Shown: in pieces, positions 62,470 through 64,000 of the stretch
Position numbering within the stretch: position 1 is the stretch's first letter
How the letters are laid out: each line of letters starts with the position of its first letter
Assembly: GCA_012295275.1 (NCBI GenBank)
Contig: CM022670.1
Coordinates: 25,668,001-25,732,000 of the forward strand
Reading direction: 5' to 3'
Length of the DNA stretch: 64,000 nt
Source: Chrysomallon squamiferum
Taxonomy: Eukaryota; Animalia; Mollusca
Position numbers and translations under genes: made by a program
Notes under the pieces: model-generated
What the model saw: only the letters and a program-made list of their open reading frames with translations
What the model was told of the DNA's origin: nothing
Database searches by the model: none

Positions 62470-63512
62470 GATAAAGCTTAAATACGATGTATATTGTGAT
62501 TTTCTGTAACATTTTGAGATACTTACAGATTAAATTTGATAAAGGAAAAATTTAAAGATAGTATAGATAGAAATGACTATAAATAAAAGAAAATGTAAAT
62601 TTAAGTCCTGTTTTCGATATAATAGATATATAATTTAATTAACGTGATATTTTATTGTGTTACGGTTAATTAACTTTAGATTACACCCAGAAAGTTTTAA
62701 AAATAAAAATGTCAATAACTTATTGCTTTGTACTTAAATACTGAGGTGAACTGTCATGCTGACTGAATGAATTACTGTTTGACTGTACTGTATGAAAATA
62801 ATTGTAAAAATTTTAATATGAATTAATTTTATGATGACAAGTTCCGTCAGTGGTAAAAATCATTTCAGCGGGATATTTGATAAAATCCGTAAAAAGCACC
62901 AAAGATTGACATTATTTCTATAGCTGAAGGTTATAAAATTGTCCTAAATACATCACCAAAATGCATAAAAATTTGACATTTGTTTCAAACTGAGGAAATA
63001 AAAGTATTGAACATCATCTCAGAGTTATTTTAGAGAAACATTTCGGGCACGGTAAGATGTTAATTTTTGTATCATTACTTTTGTATTTAGTAATTTGTTA
63101 AACAAAGGATATAATTTTAATTGAAAAGAGTCAAATTACTTTGGGGTTTTTTCAAGTCTTTGTGGGAAGTTTATGTTGATACTTGACAAAACCTACTAAT
63201 AAATAAAACATTTATTGTAAAAATGTACTTCTCTCAGTAAATTTTTCAATCGATATTATTATCGTTAAAAGGATATACTATTAAATATATATGTTGGAAT
63301 GCAGAAACAAAATCAAAGAAATAACTAAGAAAATACAAAATACTATATGATTAACTGGTGGAAAATAAAAATAACTAATCATTCTCTGTTTGTATAGCGT
63401 TTTGTTGTTTCTCTTGACCATATTTATATTTAACGTTATTTATCATTTCGTACATATCTACAGTGTTCATAATTTGTATTGTATGTGAACTGTCTTAATG
63501 CTTTATTTTCAG

Positions 63513-63854
63513 ATGGTGACTCTTTTTATTTTCTTCATTTCATTCATTTCAACGAGCCTTGCAAGTCAAAATCAGTATCCCGACATTCCAACTTTTCAAA
63601 CGGAAATCGCCAATCTATTCAAGAATCCAGCAGTTAAAAACGATGATGACAAAAGACTTCAGTTCTGGGGATTTGTTCCCGAAGTGGAAAAATTTATACC
63701 TTTAACTACATCGTTGGAGTATTTAGGTCAAAAAATTAGTTTCGGTAATGCTCCTGTAAAAAGTAATCAGAAGACAAATACTAGAAACAGTCTTCAGAGA
63801 AAACTGATCGTTACAAGAGGATTTCCACTGACGAACATCAGGTTCAACTTTTAA
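63513..63854 (+). CDS. Putative secreted protein of unknown function (3' end uncertain)
   Basis: TTTTCAG acceptor immediately followed by ATG; signal peptide MVTLFIFFISFISTSLA. A possible non-coding first exon ends at 63051 (G|GTAAGA). Coding-like sequence continues in another frame to ~63992, so it may also be frameshifted. Confidence 0.5.
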   Translation: MVTLFIFFISFISTSLASQNQYPDIPTFQTEIANLFKNPAVKNDDDKRLQFWGFVPEVEKFIPLTTSLEYLGQKISFGNAPVKSNQKTNTRNSLQRKLIVTRGFPLTNIRFNF

Positions 63855-64000
63855 AATGAGAACAAAGAAGTCTGAAGCCGTCAGAGATCTTTTTTCACAG
63901 CTAAGAAATAATCTGGGCTTTGAGGGCAACGAAACAGAATATTTTGTTTAGAAAGCAACAGCAAAGATTATTTTGTGACAGTGCAAAATAAAGATCAGTA

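Overview
Eukaryotic, AT-rich, microsatellite-dense genomic DNA. Its composition and gene content suggest a mollusc, possibly an octopod cephalopod; this is inference and not provable from the window. (1) 512-16742 (+) is the 3' part of a multi-exon mosaic protease gene that I reconstruct as [CUB-CUB-CUB-EGF-Ig]x2 followed by two trypsin-like domains, both with intact catalytic triads, and one GC-AG intron. (2) 17.5-41.7 kb (-) is a tandem array of four paralogous two-exon genes for secreted, Cys-free, Gly/Asn/Ala/His/Tyr/Lys-rich proteins of 655-872 aa. They look like low-complexity proteins, but even the most divergent pair aligns without gaps over three ~130-residue segments plus the last ~60 residues checked of a fourth. 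Pro is excluded from these segments, and the two most conserved motifs are equidistant from a Gly-rich hinge. This suggests a register-locked giant beta-hairpin/ribbon structural protein family. (3) 48.8-54.1 kb (-) encodes a secreted Gly/Asn-rich protein ending in a Spaetzle-like cystine-knot domain. It is head-to-head with (4) 57.2-60.7 kb (+), a secreted Gly/Gln/Asn protein with about 18 FG-containing 17-aa repeats. (5) Another small secreted ORF starts at about 63.5 kb. Together these look like a clustered secreted-biomaterial locus. Four +1 frameshifts in short homopolymers are most likely consensus errors. Two MITE-like elements and many SSRs are also present.
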